From: Catajapyx aquilonaris | Lineage: Eukaryota | DNA: 35,120 nt | Assembly: GCA_000934665.2 (NCBI GenBank) | Contig: JYFJ02004062.1 | Coordinates: 1-35,120, forward strand | Direction of reading: 5' to 3' | Part shown: positions 1 through 12,302 of the stretch, one piece after another | Numbering within the stretch: the stretch's first letter is position 1 | Layout of the letters: each line of letters begins with the position of its first letter | Translations under genes and position numbers: made by a program | Notes under the pieces: model-generated | The model's database searches: none | What the model saw: only the letters and a program-made list of their open reading frames with translations | What the model was told of the DNA's origin: nothing

Positions 1-3
1 CAA

Positions 4-67
4 GAAGCGCTACATGCGGGCCCAACATGGCTGCCGGCGGCCATGTTGGGCCCGCATGTAGCGCTTC
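4..67. repeat. 64-bp loopless palindrome (one mismatch) immediately upstream of the TOPORS-like gene
   Basis: GAAGCGCTACATGCGGGCCCAACATGGCTGCC|GGCGGCCATGTTGGGCCCGCATGTAGCGCTTC; 31 of 32 pairs complementary. Confidence 0.95.
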
Positions 68-78
68 CCTTTCGTACC

Positions 79-115
79 TATAAAGTTCAGCCTAGTCCGG
101 TAGGGTCGCCACTTA
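79..115 (+). promoter_or_regulatory. Candidate TATA box plus initiator of the TOPORS-like gene
   Basis: TATAAAG at 79..85 and Inr-like CCACTT with A at 111 (32 nt downstream), 26 nt before the inferred ATG at 137. Confidence 0.4.
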
Positions 116-136
116 CCGATGCTCCCAAAATGTCTC

Positions 137-2693
137 ATGGCGCTCTCAGGTGAGCACTCGCTGCAAAATGCCTCGGCAGGTGATAACACCAGAATGTAGT
201 ATAAGTGTCCGGGGGCTGGCCACCACTGTACCATTTAGCGTAATTTTGGTACTAACATGCCGGTATAATACATACATTAATTAAATTAAATGATATCTGC
301 TGTAGTACACAATATGTGACTAACAATAGGTCACAATCCACCATTGCTGTATAAATGGAATTTTCTGGTGTATTTTTCAGATCAGACTGTGAAGATGGAA
401 CCCAACCCGTCCGATTCATCAGGGGAAAACGCCAAAACTCCCAATGAATCTCCCAGCGGGTCAGGCTCCAATGGAGAAGGCTCAAATGGAGAAGGCTCCA
501 ATGGAGATGGCTCATCATCGCAGGAAGAGAAGGATGACAAGACGACCTGTGTTATATGCTTATGCAAAGTGAAGAACAACAGTTTCGTAGACACTTGTGC
601 CCACGAGTTCTGCTTTACCTGCCTGCTGGCTTGGTCCAAGGTGAAGCCAGAGTGCCCCCTGTGCAAGAGGAAATTTAAGGCCATCATCCACTCGGTGAAG
701 ACCTTTTATGACTTTGATGTGTACGAAATCGGGAAGGCAAGAGGGCCCCAGTTTGTGCGGTAAGTGTCACTCATCCTGTTGATTCCTAACGATGCTTCTG
801 TAAAGAGATATTATTGCTGTTTTTTTTTAAAAAAAGGAAAAATACAGTATGTAGCATATAGACATGTAGCAGATTCTGTAATTATTGTTCATGCAATGCA
901 ATAAATTCATTATTACTGGAGTCAAGCAGAAGAGTAGTGAGATTGCACATCTTTTGGAATAGAGAACAGGAACATAAGTTCATTTTTCCTATATCTCCAC
1001 AATTAATTTTTGAAGTAATGAAGTAAGGTTTAATACCTTTTTAATTCCCTTTTTAATTCCCTCACGAGAGAAAAGTGACATGGCTGTACAGAATTCACAT
1101 GTACATGCCAAAGATCAACAATTTCAGCAAAGGCTGCTGAAATATTGTAAATGCCACCTATCTGAAATTAGCTATGGGGACCATGTAACTATCAAAACCT
1201 ACTATGTAATCTCCAGGAATGTGTGTATACCAATTTCAATAGTTTGAGGTAATAGATGTTACACCAACATTGATTAACAACGAAACATCAAGCCTTGTGG
1301 AGTAATGAATTTAACGTGGAGTGTACTAGACTGTGACAGTGTTTAAATGTGTGTAATGTTGTAGATCTACAGAATTTTTAGCTCAATTTTAAACTCTAGA
1401 TGCATATACAATCAAAGCGAAATGTTAATGCCATTTGAATAAGTCTCAGATTATGTGTCTGATGAGTAATGGTACTTTTAATATAATTTCTTGGGCAGTC
1501 AGTGGCATGGGTAGTTTTTTTTTTTGTCGGACCTATATCAAAATGGAACCATGTTGCTAAATACTCTGCTCATGTATGTTTCAATCAGGTATTGCGTGCT
1601 CATTGATATCACCGCGAATAAACTGATGAAGAATTTTTGTCACATTTTCAGTCTAAGTAACCTGATGACAATGCGTGACGCTTACTATGCTTCTCCCTTA
1701 ATCCCCCTATAGGCTCTCTAATTCCCAGTCTTCTGATGGCCCAGAGAGGACAACTGCTGCAGCAGAAAGCGGCAGTGATCGCAGACCTTACAGAGAGCTA
1801 TTTTATTATTATGGCTTCTGGGCGCAACCAATGAGAGGTCAATACAGGGATTATTCAGCATCATTCTATACGGCCAACCCAGGAAGTACCGAACGACTCA
1901 TTCCCTGGCTCAACAGAGAGCTCGTTACACTGCTGGGTCATATGGGAGAGACACATGTCTCGCATGTCACGGACCTGATAATACAGTTGGTTCGCCAATA
2001 TAACATTGGCTCGCCACAATTCCGTGAGAATTTGGTCACCTACCTGCGTGACAATACCGATCAATTCATTCATGAGTTCAGGTGCTTTGCACGTTCACCG
2101 TATGATGATATGGTTGAATTTGACGGGCATTCTACCTATTATACCGGAGATGAAGCAAGACAGTTCGCAAATGAGGACTTAGAAGAGGACAACGCGCTAA
2201 TGGCAAGTCTTGAACACCAGCAATCTCAAGACCTAGCCATACCTGGGCCATCTGGTCTGTCCAGGTAATAAAGTCGATCTTTTGCAGGTGAAGGTGCATC
2301 ATATCGGTATCTCTGTAATAATATTTTTGTTTGGACAGGCCTGTACCAGTGCAGCAGGATAGTGATACCGATGACTGCCAGATAGTGGCATGTCTGAAGC
2401 GCATTGGGGATCGGCCCCCTAAAAGATGGAACGATTCGCCAGAAGACAGCGACGAGGAGTGGATGCCACCCAGCTCAGCAACGATGCAGATTTTTTCGGA
2501 CACTGAGTCACCATCTGGAGCAGCAGGGCGACCGAGGCGTTGCAGGAGGGCTCCAGTGATAATCAGCGACAGCAGTGATGATGAGACGGAGAAGGAGAAG
2601 GAGAACAGGAAGAGAAGGAAGAAGGGGAAGGGGAAAGGAAAGGGAAAGGGAAAGGGAAAAGGAAAGGGAAATGGGAAGAAGCCCAAGAACTGA
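137..2693 (+). CDS. TOPORS: TOPORS-like RING-finger E3 ubiquitin/SUMO ligase, short divergent form (~432 aa); exons join(137..149,381..759,1713..2264,2339..2693)
   Basis: C3HC4 RING (CVICL...CAHEFCFTCLLAWSKVKPECPLCK) followed by TOPORS-type blocks YRDYSASFYTANP...RLIPWLNRELVTLL and TDQFIHEFRCFARSPY, then DDCQIVACLK and a SIM-like VIISDSSDDE. GT-AG introns 150..380 (phase 1), 760..1712 (phase 2), 2265..2338 (phase 2) keep one frame, 1299 nt in total. The 13-nt first exon is inferred; ATG at 395 is the alternative start. Confidence 0.85.
464..514 (+). repeat. 15-bp coding tandem repeat (GSNGE x3)
   Basis: ggctccaatggagaa ggctcaaatggagaa ggctccaatggagat ggctca. Confidence 0.85.
2622..2678 (+). 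repeat. Hexamer coding repeat giving a (KG)n C-terminal tail
   Basis: aagggg/aaggga/aaagga units translated as KGKGKGKGKGKGKGKGNGK. Confidence 0.85.
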
Positions 2694-3290
2694 ATTCCGG
2701 TCAGTTTTGATCTCATTTATTGTTCCAGATAAGGTAATAAAATACACTTGTATGTTCATGGAACGATTGGAGTTTTAAAAAAATGGTAATGCTATATAGA
2801 GCCCATTTTGCATTTAATTTGAGTGTCGGTTTGATGATTTTATCTTATTTATCCAAACAGATGTAGCTGCCAAGTGCCCAGGTTTGCAATATCAAAATGG
2901 AATATCCTGCCACTTCTTCCGGTAGAGGGGCAGCAGTTCCAATCGTATACCACAAGACTAGCTTTGCTCAGGTCTTATATCCCACCAACAATTTCTTGTC
3001 ATTTGCCAACTGTACTTATCACATCAGAAAGTAAATGATACATTTTTTAAAGTTACCACAACCGCCAACTCAAAGACCGGCTTGTGCAAGGAGTCCTAAG
3101 AACATTATCGCCAACATGTCATATCCGATCGACCAATCACAACCAGCTGATAGGTATTTATGCTGATGCGACATGAAGGATAAGTATAGAGTACCGTACT
3201 AATAATGTTATGTACTACTGCTACTGGCTATGCACTAGGCCTACTAGTCATAATAGTCACACTGATTTTACGCTTAAAAATTGCTGATTT

Positions 3291-3459
3291 GGGGCCGTAC
3301 ACATATTACGTCATCATCGAAGCGGGGGGGGGTTGCTACCTGATGACCAAAGATGACGAGTGGGGGGAGGGGGTCCAAGTTGGGATNAGGGGAGGGGAGG
3401 GGGAGGGGGGGGGGTTCAAAAATGTCAAAAATGTGATGACGTAATATGTGTACGGCCCA
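3291..3459. mobile_element. MITE, PIF/Harbinger (Tourist)-like
   Basis: Perfect 25-bp inverted repeats GGGCCGTACACATATTACGTCATCA (3292..3316) / TGATGACGTAATATGTGTACGGCCC (3434..3458), G-run interior, TTT on both flanks. Superfamily is inferred from the GGGGCC terminus. Confidence 0.75.
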
Positions 3460-3541
3460 TTTTCACAGGTTTACAATGCTATAAAATTATCTGTGTTAAG
3501 TTCGCTCTTTTATTATGATGATATTCCACAACTGTACTATC

Positions 3542-3610
3542 GGCACGGAAATGGTCCGGACACTTGGAGGTAGGTTAACCATTGATAAGTGTCCGGACCA
3601 TTTCCATGCC
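3542..3610. mobile_element. Tiny hairpin element (TIR-only MITE remnant)
   Basis: 24-bp arms GGCACGGAAATGGTCCGGACACTT / AAGTGTCCGGACCATTTCCATGCC (1 mismatch), 21-nt spacer. Confidence 0.6.
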
Positions 3611-4028
3611 AATTACGTAGAGGAAGTTGTCTTTTTTGTATCATTTTATGAATAAAGCGTTCTTATGGGTATTTTGAGTGCGTATTCCTAATTTCAATTT
3701 CGATATTGTGGATATTTTGGTGCCGCCCTCTCCGGAAATAAAATATCAAGGATCAATATGCCATATTACATTATACTGGAATTTTTAATGGATCAGTGCT
3801 ACAATAAATATTACTGTACAGCAGTTGACACGATTGAATCAGCTGTCCAATCTCTCTCTTGACACTTGGTCACAGTTGAACATAATTTTATTAATATTGT
3901 GCTTTTTGAAATATGAAAATCATTTAATTTGTGTTATCAGATGCATAGAGGGTGATCCAATTGAATTCTCCATTTCAGGCAACGATCTTTGGCACTAATC
4001 TGCTTGAACTATAGCTATTGTATAGTTA

Positions 4029-4256
4029 CAGTGGTTATCAAAAGTATTAGCTGCTAATATTAGATTCTGTGGGCCCATCCTTTTCAAAATCCTGCAAAGG
4101 AGGTCCAAAGTGCAAAAACGGGTTCTGTCATTGACATTCGATGCCAATTGTTCCAATGGACCATTTTGCAATCGGATATTCATAAATTGCAATTCAGAGT
4201 TTGGATAGATGGTTCAGTTCGGCCTAATATTATCAGCTAATACTTTTGATAACCTA
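4029..4256. mobile_element. Tc1-like MITE
   Basis: TA|CAGTGGTTATCAAAAGTATTAGCTGCTAATATTAG at left; CTAATATTATCAGCTAATACTTTTGATAACC at right (30/31 inverted match); right tip eroded, followed by TA. Confidence 0.7.
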
Positions 4257-5701
4257 TAAAAGTGACTGCAAAAATTATCAGCTTAAAAAATAGTTGAGTA
4301 CTGCTCGATACAAAGAAAACCTGTTCACTCTTGGAAAAAAAAATTACGGAAGCAAGCAATTTTGCCTTAGAGAGATTTCACTGGCGATTTATATCCAGTT
4401 CCTTGGTTACAAACTACCGAATGTGGAGTTGCCAGAATGATAACGATCTTTGCGTTCTTCTGTGGTGGAACAACAGGACGAGATGCTATTTCAAAAAGTG
4501 GATGTAAGTTGACACTATAAATGAGCTTACACTATTCCCTGATGTCATTTTCTGATTTGTTCACAGATTCTGGAGGTTCCCCAGATTCTTCAATGTTCCC
4601 ATCAGGTTCTTCATATTACACTACATATGACTGAGGTACCTTTGACGATTTTTCATGGCCTGAGGCAGAAGATGGCATATCTGATGAAGCGGCGCGGCGG
4701 AGCCCTTTTTCTGATGTAGTGCTGGTAATATATTTCATCGTACTATCAGGACGAAGGTTCAGGGGATGCTACTGAGGATGAAACAACTTTCTTCTTAGCT
4801 TTCTTCTTAGCTTTCTGTATGCAATGGTTTTATTTCGCATTGGTCTTGCAAGAGAGTAGTTAAAAACTTGCTCATTATTATAATGGTCATTATAGCCCTG
4901 CTCCAAAGTAACTTATGTGGATAATTTCCCTGTGCATAAATATGTGACCTGCCCAAATCCCGAGTTCAAGGGTGAGAATTTAGTTTGGAATAGTTTACCC
5001 CAGTATACCAGATTAAAATGCAGTAACCCGTCGTAACAATTAAGAGAGCACTCGTTGCGATTGTTTCATACATACTAATTCCTACACTGATGACCTTCAC
5101 GGACTTTCACTATGAAATCAAGTTGTCAGTAATGAGCAGTGCTTCCGTCCCCCCCNAAAAAAAACCCCCCGCTGTCTACAAAATCGGTAAGGACGAAAAT
5201 CGCTTGCATGCCCTGAACCCTTACACCCCTTGACCCAGGGATGATAGGTACCGGGCCTGCACGCGACCTTCGTCCTTACCGATTTTGCATGTCGTTTTTC
5301 CTTGGGACGAAGAGCTAGGATACGCGAGTAAAAACAACTCAAACACTCTACGATACATTGTACTCAAAGAGACGACAAAATTATCATTAACTCTCCAAAT
5401 GCCTGGCCCTCAACAGGTTAAAGGAATGCGCGCCTGCAGGCGTCCACATGGGAACATGTAAAAAGTAAATTACTCCAAATCTGTATACCACGTTTAAAAA
5501 AATCCATTCATCCAGCCTGATGTATAAAGTGGAAGGGAAGTATATTCAACGCCCACCAAAACATGGAAAAGGAAAGTATTGATCGCCTTGTGCACCTGGC
5601 CACACCACCTGTCAAGTCCTCTAGGCCTGGTAGGAAGGATTTGAATTTCCATCGTCCAACTTCGCTCAGGGAAACTTCTTGCTCGTCGATTCTACAGGAA
5701 C

Positions 5702-6476
5702 ATGGGTGCAGCACTGACATCTTTTCGAAGTAAGTAACAACTACTGTCATACTGCAAGGATTTAAGGGGAAGGGAGGAGGGGGGGGGGATAAAATCACAC
5801 AGTCCAAGCTTGGTGGGTGACCCCAGTTATTTTATTTTAGGCAGGGACAGAGGATTCTGACCTGAATTACTCACCAAATTAAACTTGTGTATCTCTAAAT
5901 AACCAGGATAAGCAATGAAATTTGTGTAATGGTGCCCAGTAGTGATTGTGTGCTTGACTTGTGCTCATACATGCAAATTTATTCCATCAATTTTTGTTTA
6001 AATTATTTACATTAGATGCCATAAGGCAGTGCTGGTACTCCAGGAACAACCTTGTCAGGAACCACATTCAGATGTCATTAATACTGCAAATCCTGCTGTA
6101 CCTTGGCATGTACTATGCAGGACTGGTGACCTTCATGCTTGCCTTCCTCCTGTTCATGAAGTACCTGTGGCTGCCTTACCCCGGTGTCAACCTGGCCTCC
6201 GAGTCCATGCTTCTACTCTTCTTTGGCTTGGTTGAGTCCAGCCGTGTGTACCTCGGAATGAAGGGAAATGTGATGCATGAACTGCTCCCATTGGCCATCT
6301 CGATGGCACTGATACTTCCTTCTCTCATGTCGACTCTGTACTTCATGTTGTGGCAGACCTATGTGCTGAGAATTGAGGTTGTGTTGTCTGTGGTCTTGCT
6401 TGCAATGCAAGGAATGCAACTGCTGTTTGCCAGCTTTTGCTTGCACTTTATTCGGACAGATGTTTCTCTCATGTAA
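5702..6476 (+). CDS. TMEM216: TMEM216/TMEM80-like (TMEM17 family) ciliary transition-zone membrane protein, ~162 aa; join(5702..5729,6016..6476)
   Basis: Four hydrophobic segments and family motifs LQILLY, LPYP, SRVYLGMKGN, WQTYVLRIE. Phase-1 intron 5730..6015 (gtaagt...tttacattag). AATAAA at 6563. First exon is inferred; TMEM216 versus TMEM80 cannot be resolved by eye. Confidence 0.8.
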
Positions 6477-6680
6477 GAGTAAGATTAGCCAGAAATTGGA
6501 AACAAACATATTGATACAGGAACACAACAAATGTAATTTTCAAAGTTCATGTTTTGTAACTCAATAAAATACAATAATTTCGATACCCTGTTTTATGTAC
6601 TACCCCATAAGTACAAATTTAATAATTAGAGATGTCAGCTCTACCTAATAAGGTACTGGCATATCATGTAAAATATGAGA

Positions 6681-9600
6681 TTACACTTTCAATGTTGCAG
6701 GTTGTTGTACTGCTTTCTTCCGGGCAGCTTTTATCCTCTGGTTACAGTAAATGCGAAGAAAAATTGCAAGAAACACGACTGAAACTCCAACTGCACCAGT
6801 TACTGATAATTCATGCCCGTAAATGAGACACGATAAAATTATTGCTAGTCCCTGCCTAACTGTCATTATTATGACAAATACAACAGCTCCAAATTGTTCA
6901 ATAGTATAGAAAATAAACAGTTGTCCTGCTGCAGAACATATTGAGAGCACGATGCAGTCAAATGCAAAAAGAGGGCACCGTAGCATAAAATGGGCTGAAT
7001 GTCCAAATCCCCCTTGTTGGAAAAGGGATGCAGATGTGAAAAGACACGAAAACAAATTAACTCCACACATCATTTGCACTGATGACATGTGGTACTGGAA
7101 AAATAGTTCTCCTTGCCAATTTGATGTGAAGCTATCAAATGCCATGTATGCGCATAGGATTATAACACCAGACAAGGTAGTTGATGATTCTGAAAAAAAA
7201 AAAAATACCACACAGCTCAATATATCACAGATTTACACTACAAACGTACCTTTATGGTCGTCAGTGCTTCCGAGTAAAAAGAAGGTCATGCCAACTGAGA
7301 TCATTACTGCAGTAACGTACTCATAATACTCGTATTTATTCTTGGATATGCATTTACCCATTAACATCACTGGAATTATCTTAGAGGCTTTTGCCAGCAC
7401 CTGCAATCATAGCACTGCATCACTTGTGTTATCCGGGTTCTCAAGTGTACTTAAAATTACAGTCAAACCCCATTATTATGTCACAATTACTTCTAAGACC
7501 AGCAATGTAAGTTGACAGATTTTCCATTAAATAGCACTGTTAAAATTGGGAGGGAGATAATTTTAATCAGAATATAATGATTTGGCCTGTTTATGAAAAA
7601 TTTACAAAAATAACAGACATGGAAAATTATGAAGTTGCACTTTCAAATGAACTGTAAGAATGTTTACTGTCCAATTCTTCCGCCCAGCTAGGGTTGCGTT
7701 GCTAACTACTGCAGGCTGCAGAGTAAATGCAGTTGAGATTATGATTATTTGTGGATGGTGTAGCAATGCTATACAAAATAGTAGGCTACTATTGGATAAG
7801 TGCCCTAAGACTAGGAACTCAATAGGTCAGTGGTTCCCAACCCTATTTGCCAGGGACCCTGTACTGGTCTTCCATCTGCACCCTTCCACACTCCCTCCAC
7901 AGGTCACTCACTGACCTCAGAAATAGCATGAATATACCGATTGTTCCAATTCAAGGGTAAAATTCAGCTACAGTTTTGTGCCCTAAGCTGCTTATTTTAA
8001 GCAGTTACTTTTAAAGGCTATCAAAAATATTTACTTATAAAATTAGGTTGAGTAAAAGCATTAATCATGGATGTGACCTGTACTGTATTTCTGAGTGCTG
8101 TATCTATCCTGCCTAATAGTAGCGCTCAGCTAATAATTTGATAACTTTTAAAAGTAACTTTTCAATAATATGCAATACTGATGAAAAAAAACTGCTAATT
8201 AAAACAGACTTTTCAATTGGAAAACACTGTACAATACAAGTTGGAGGTCTAGAAGTGATCATCTCCCAAGATACTTGGAGCCAAAAGGCAAGGCTATGCA
8301 TTCTGACACTGCTCAAATTTTTGAAATTCAAGATATCAATTTAATGTAATATAAAGTCAGTATATGGATCTGTGATGCATTTAAAGTAGAAAATTTCAAA
8401 TATGATCAGCCAAAAAATATATGGTTGTTGGGTGTAACTTTTTCCAAAAATCAATTCCCAATTGCAACCCATATGATCTTCACATGTGTTGAACTGAGGT
8501 GGAAAACCACTGCAGAAAAATTAAATGCCATAGTTGCGCAGCAAGTTGCACAAAAGAAGTAACCAGTGCAAATACTACAGGGGCTCCATAGGAGGAGTTT
8601 GATTAAGGGAGGGGGAGGGGCGGCAATGAGGGAGGGAAAATGAGGGCGAATGGCCAGGAGGGCACCTAAGAAAAATGATAGCACATGCACTGAAGATCTC
8701 AACTTGCTCCATGCCCAGATTGTTCCCATTTGTCTGTGCCTAATTCATCTGCATGCTAAGATGAAACAGGGCTTCAGACTTGCCCGAAGTCGAGGTTTAT
8801 GGTACCTTTTAAAATGTCTACCCAGCTACTTCTCGAGAATTTTCATAAGAAATGTGAACATGAAAGTTATTTACCTGTGTTGGAAAGCTGACAAACTTGA
8901 GTGCCTCATACTGACACCATGAACTCATTATATTAGAAAAGGAGCAGTATGAATACTTGTACAGTGGTGCACCATGTCTTGGCTGCCTACGTAAACACAC
9001 ATACGCACCAGATAGCACAAATGCCAGTATGCGGTTAACAAACACGAGAAACTGGGAGTCACTGAACTGCATCATTGCACCATCAATGTCAGTGTAGTTC
9101 TAAAACATTCCAAAATTACATATGTTAAGTACCATGTCATACTCATTTCATCACATGTCACATACCCGCGTCATGATCTTCTCCTGCAACAACCCCCATG
9201 TCAGGTAAGAACCTTGCAGACCTACAAAACAAAATCCTAAAACAGCTGCCTCTTGTGCCACAGAACGCTCTGGTTTTCCTTTCAGTTCTGCGGCTGACAG
9301 CTTCTCAGAATCATTACCATAGGCACATTGCCGTACTAGATTCAACGTACAACTTGAATCTGCAAAAGTGCAGGTTTGGAATTTAAAAGAAGGATATGAG
9401 ATTAGGTGTGGAATTGGCCAGTGTTTGTCACTACGAGTAAGTACAGGCCAAAGGCAGGGAATATCACAGCAGATGTCTGAACAGACTTTACATAAGAATC
9501 GGTCATATTGCAGGAAGTGGGGTTGGGAGAAGTCTGCTGAAAACTTTCCAAAGCCACTTCATGTTTATGTCGTAAATGGACCAATCACTGCATTTGTTTA

Positions 9601-10174
9601 AAAAATCATCCCCGCATCTTACCCGCCTATGAGCATGAATGTGAGACCTTACACTGTGCTCCCTAATATGTAATTGTAATTACATGGCAAATAAATGCTT
9701 CAATTTCCAACACTATTTCCAGTATCAAATATACATTAAAAATTATCTCCCTTACATCCCACTAGCTCTCAAATGCTACAATTGGGCCATGTCGACATAA
9801 CACAAAATGCATGCATTTATCCGCAACGGACAGACTACAAAATAAATGACACGTACTGGTGGCAACGTCGACATACTTGGAATGCCGTACATATTTCAAC
9901 ACAATGTAACCCGGCACAAGTATGATACAATATCCCAACAGGTTGACAGCCAGCCGAAAGACCCACGAGTTGTGGAAGTATGCCCACGGCCCAGCATCCT
10001 CTCCGACGCTAGCATACGGATCTAGCAGGGTAGTCAAAAGGTAGATCCCACTCCCAGTAGTTACAGCCAGGAACCTAATGATGTCATTACCGTTAGGTTG
10101 ATCCACTCTGCACACCAGACATCAGTAAGCTCCAAAACTTACCATATTATTACTTCATGTCTGCTAACTCCCAT
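6681..10174 (-). CDS. SLC35B2: Adenosine 3'-phospho 5'-phosphosulfate transporter 1 (PAPST1/slalom), ~442 aa; complement(join(6681..7189,7250..7400,8875..9099,9166..9359,9857..10074,10143..10174))
   Basis: Motifs [103 protein letters not shown]. Five GT-AG introns with matching phases; 1329 nt in total. Confidence 0.95.
7828..7865 (+). mobile_element. Solo hAT (Buster/Charlie-like) TIR fragment in SLC35B2 intron
   Basis: CAGTGGTTCCCAACC, identical to the left TIR at 16251, preceded by caaTAggt; no partner end seen. Confidence 0.45.
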
Positions 10175-10275
10175 AGCTCTGACCTGGGCGGCCCAGCACT
10201 GGCTGTCAAACACTCCGGGGTATTACTGGTAACACCGGTATGAACCTCATCACAGCATATAAAGGCCATCCATGG

Positions 10276-10290
10276 TTCCGGACACCGGAA
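10276..10290. promoter_or_regulatory. Inverted pair of ETS-like CCGGAA motifs in the SLC35B2 5'/promoter region
   Basis: TTCCGG-ACA-CCGGAA about 100 nt upstream of the ATG, in locally CpG-rich sequence. Confidence 0.35.
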
Positions 10291-12302
10291 ACAGTCAACA
10301 CGACAAGCTGTGAGCTGTCAGCTGTGCAGGCCTCAGTTTAGTCCCGCTACCGGCCAGAGAGGCGCTGACTCCCACTCTAAACATACAGGCAGTGAACACA
10401 GAGGGTTGGGACAACGCATGGTGGACTTGATTGTCCGACTCTATTTGACAACATTATGTAAGTTTTTAAAAATTGTTACGTACCAGAAAATTATGTGCGT
10501 TTCTTATCCGCGGGATCCACTAATGATAAAGATGGAGGCAGATTTAATTAAGTCAAATTTAATAAAGCAGATGGCTGACGGCATCATGTTCTGATATCAA
10601 TATGGACTTATCAATTTAAGAAGGGGGCTCAATTTCACATTCTAAAGCGTGTTACAAATTGAGTCATTTTAAACCACTCTAAAAAGGCGACACATTAATG
10701 TTTAATGAACTCGTGACAAAAGCACACACACAAAAAATTGATTCCTTGTCACATATGCAAATAAGCGAGAAAACAACAGGATCGTTCCGGATCAGTCTGG
10801 TCACGAAATAAGTATTCAAAAGGTCGAAGGTCACTCCCGGTTCACTGGAAAAATTACGCCTTTCGAATATTGATTTAGCTGTCACCTCTCTGCCTTCTCT
10901 TTGGAGACCTGTTTCCCCGTTTCTTTAGTTGCCCCCATAAACTGACAGAATGGGACATAACTCATTTTCATTCTTATGCACCGTGTTGAATCACCCTGTA
11001 CTGACAAAAGATAAAGGTGGCTGAGTAAATAAGTTGTCGCTTATTTATATTTAAACGTAAGTAAAATTACGATTAATCAGTATATCTCAAAAGTAACATT
11101 AGGATTTTATAAATGCTATGAGACATTGCTGTTGTCTATATACTGTGCAGCTATGTACTGTTAAGTTATAACTTATGCAAGAGACAAATTCTATGACGCC
11201 ATCACCTTTCCGTCACTTTTGCCTATAAAGCACATGAGAGCCATCAGTAGGCTACTCGACACTGCAAAAAAAATCATTAGTCGAACTTACCTACTTGTGA
11301 TATGTGATGCCAAATCTAGCATCAGCGTCCTAGTTGTGGTAAGAGTGAAGTGATTGCAGAATACCAGTAACGTAGCACACAACGTGAACCCAACAGTTAT
11401 CGCATATGCGCACCTGTGATAGTTTCACATCTGGAATAATTGTAGTGCCTGTATTATTTTTCTGCTATTGGGCAACAAAAGACAATGTAGGGCCTAATCT
11501 AATCGCATGAAAGGAAGGCTGTATAATTATGTTTGGGTTGTGCAGAAGTCACTTGTATAGAGGGGGTTTCATAATACAGCAAACAGTAATTTTGTGCATA
11601 GTGTAATTATATTTGACTGTTAAACTCAAATTATACTATACCCGAAAAACCATTTCTTTGGTGGTTTAAAATAAATAGTAATGACAATAAAGGATTTTTT
11701 TTTTTTGCAACGCCCATGAGCAACTTCTCATTGGCCATGAGAATTTTTATCCATTGGCAATTTCATTTCATAGAATTCCATTACGTTACATTTACAGACT
11801 TTAGCAGGGCGCGCATATCAGTGCACATTATTCAATCCTACACAGCATTATTATGTGTTGTTGCAGTCAAGTCAGCTTCTGTTATAACCGTGCTAAAAAC
11901 AAAGGTCGACAATCGCAGTTTAGCAAGGATTATATGCAAACAAGGGTCAGCCGGCATTTTGATCACGAATTGGACTACTACTTACCAGGCCAGTACAGTA
12001 CATGCCAATTCAATCCCCCTGGACCCGACATCCTCAGGTTCAGATTTTATATTTTCAAAGTAGATATAAGTTATTATCGTGTTACAACCACACAACTCAC
12101 TGGCCGAATATTTGAACCAAACCACACACTCCCACACAGGGTAAGATGGTTTTAAGGCGGATTGACTAGCCCATAAGAGCTCATAAACCCTCCGTACACT
12201 CCCACACAAGAGGTCACTGCTCATTTGACCCAAGGAGAACTCTTTGTGCGCTATTTCTTCGTAACGTACTGTAGGACTACAGCAATACATACCGTAAATA
12301 TA

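Noticed and set aside
2132..2778. Overlapping ORFs with FP, LS and RE repeats
   Set aside because: Alternative-frame and antisense shadows of the purine-rich KG repeat of the TOPORS-like gene.
4300..4845. Decayed S/E/K-rich reading frame on the - strand, perhaps an old transposase N-terminus
   Set aside because: Multiple stops and no recognisable motif; needs a translated homology search.
5330..5421. piggyBac-like end (CAACAGGTTAA)
   Set aside because: No matching opposite terminus found in the window.
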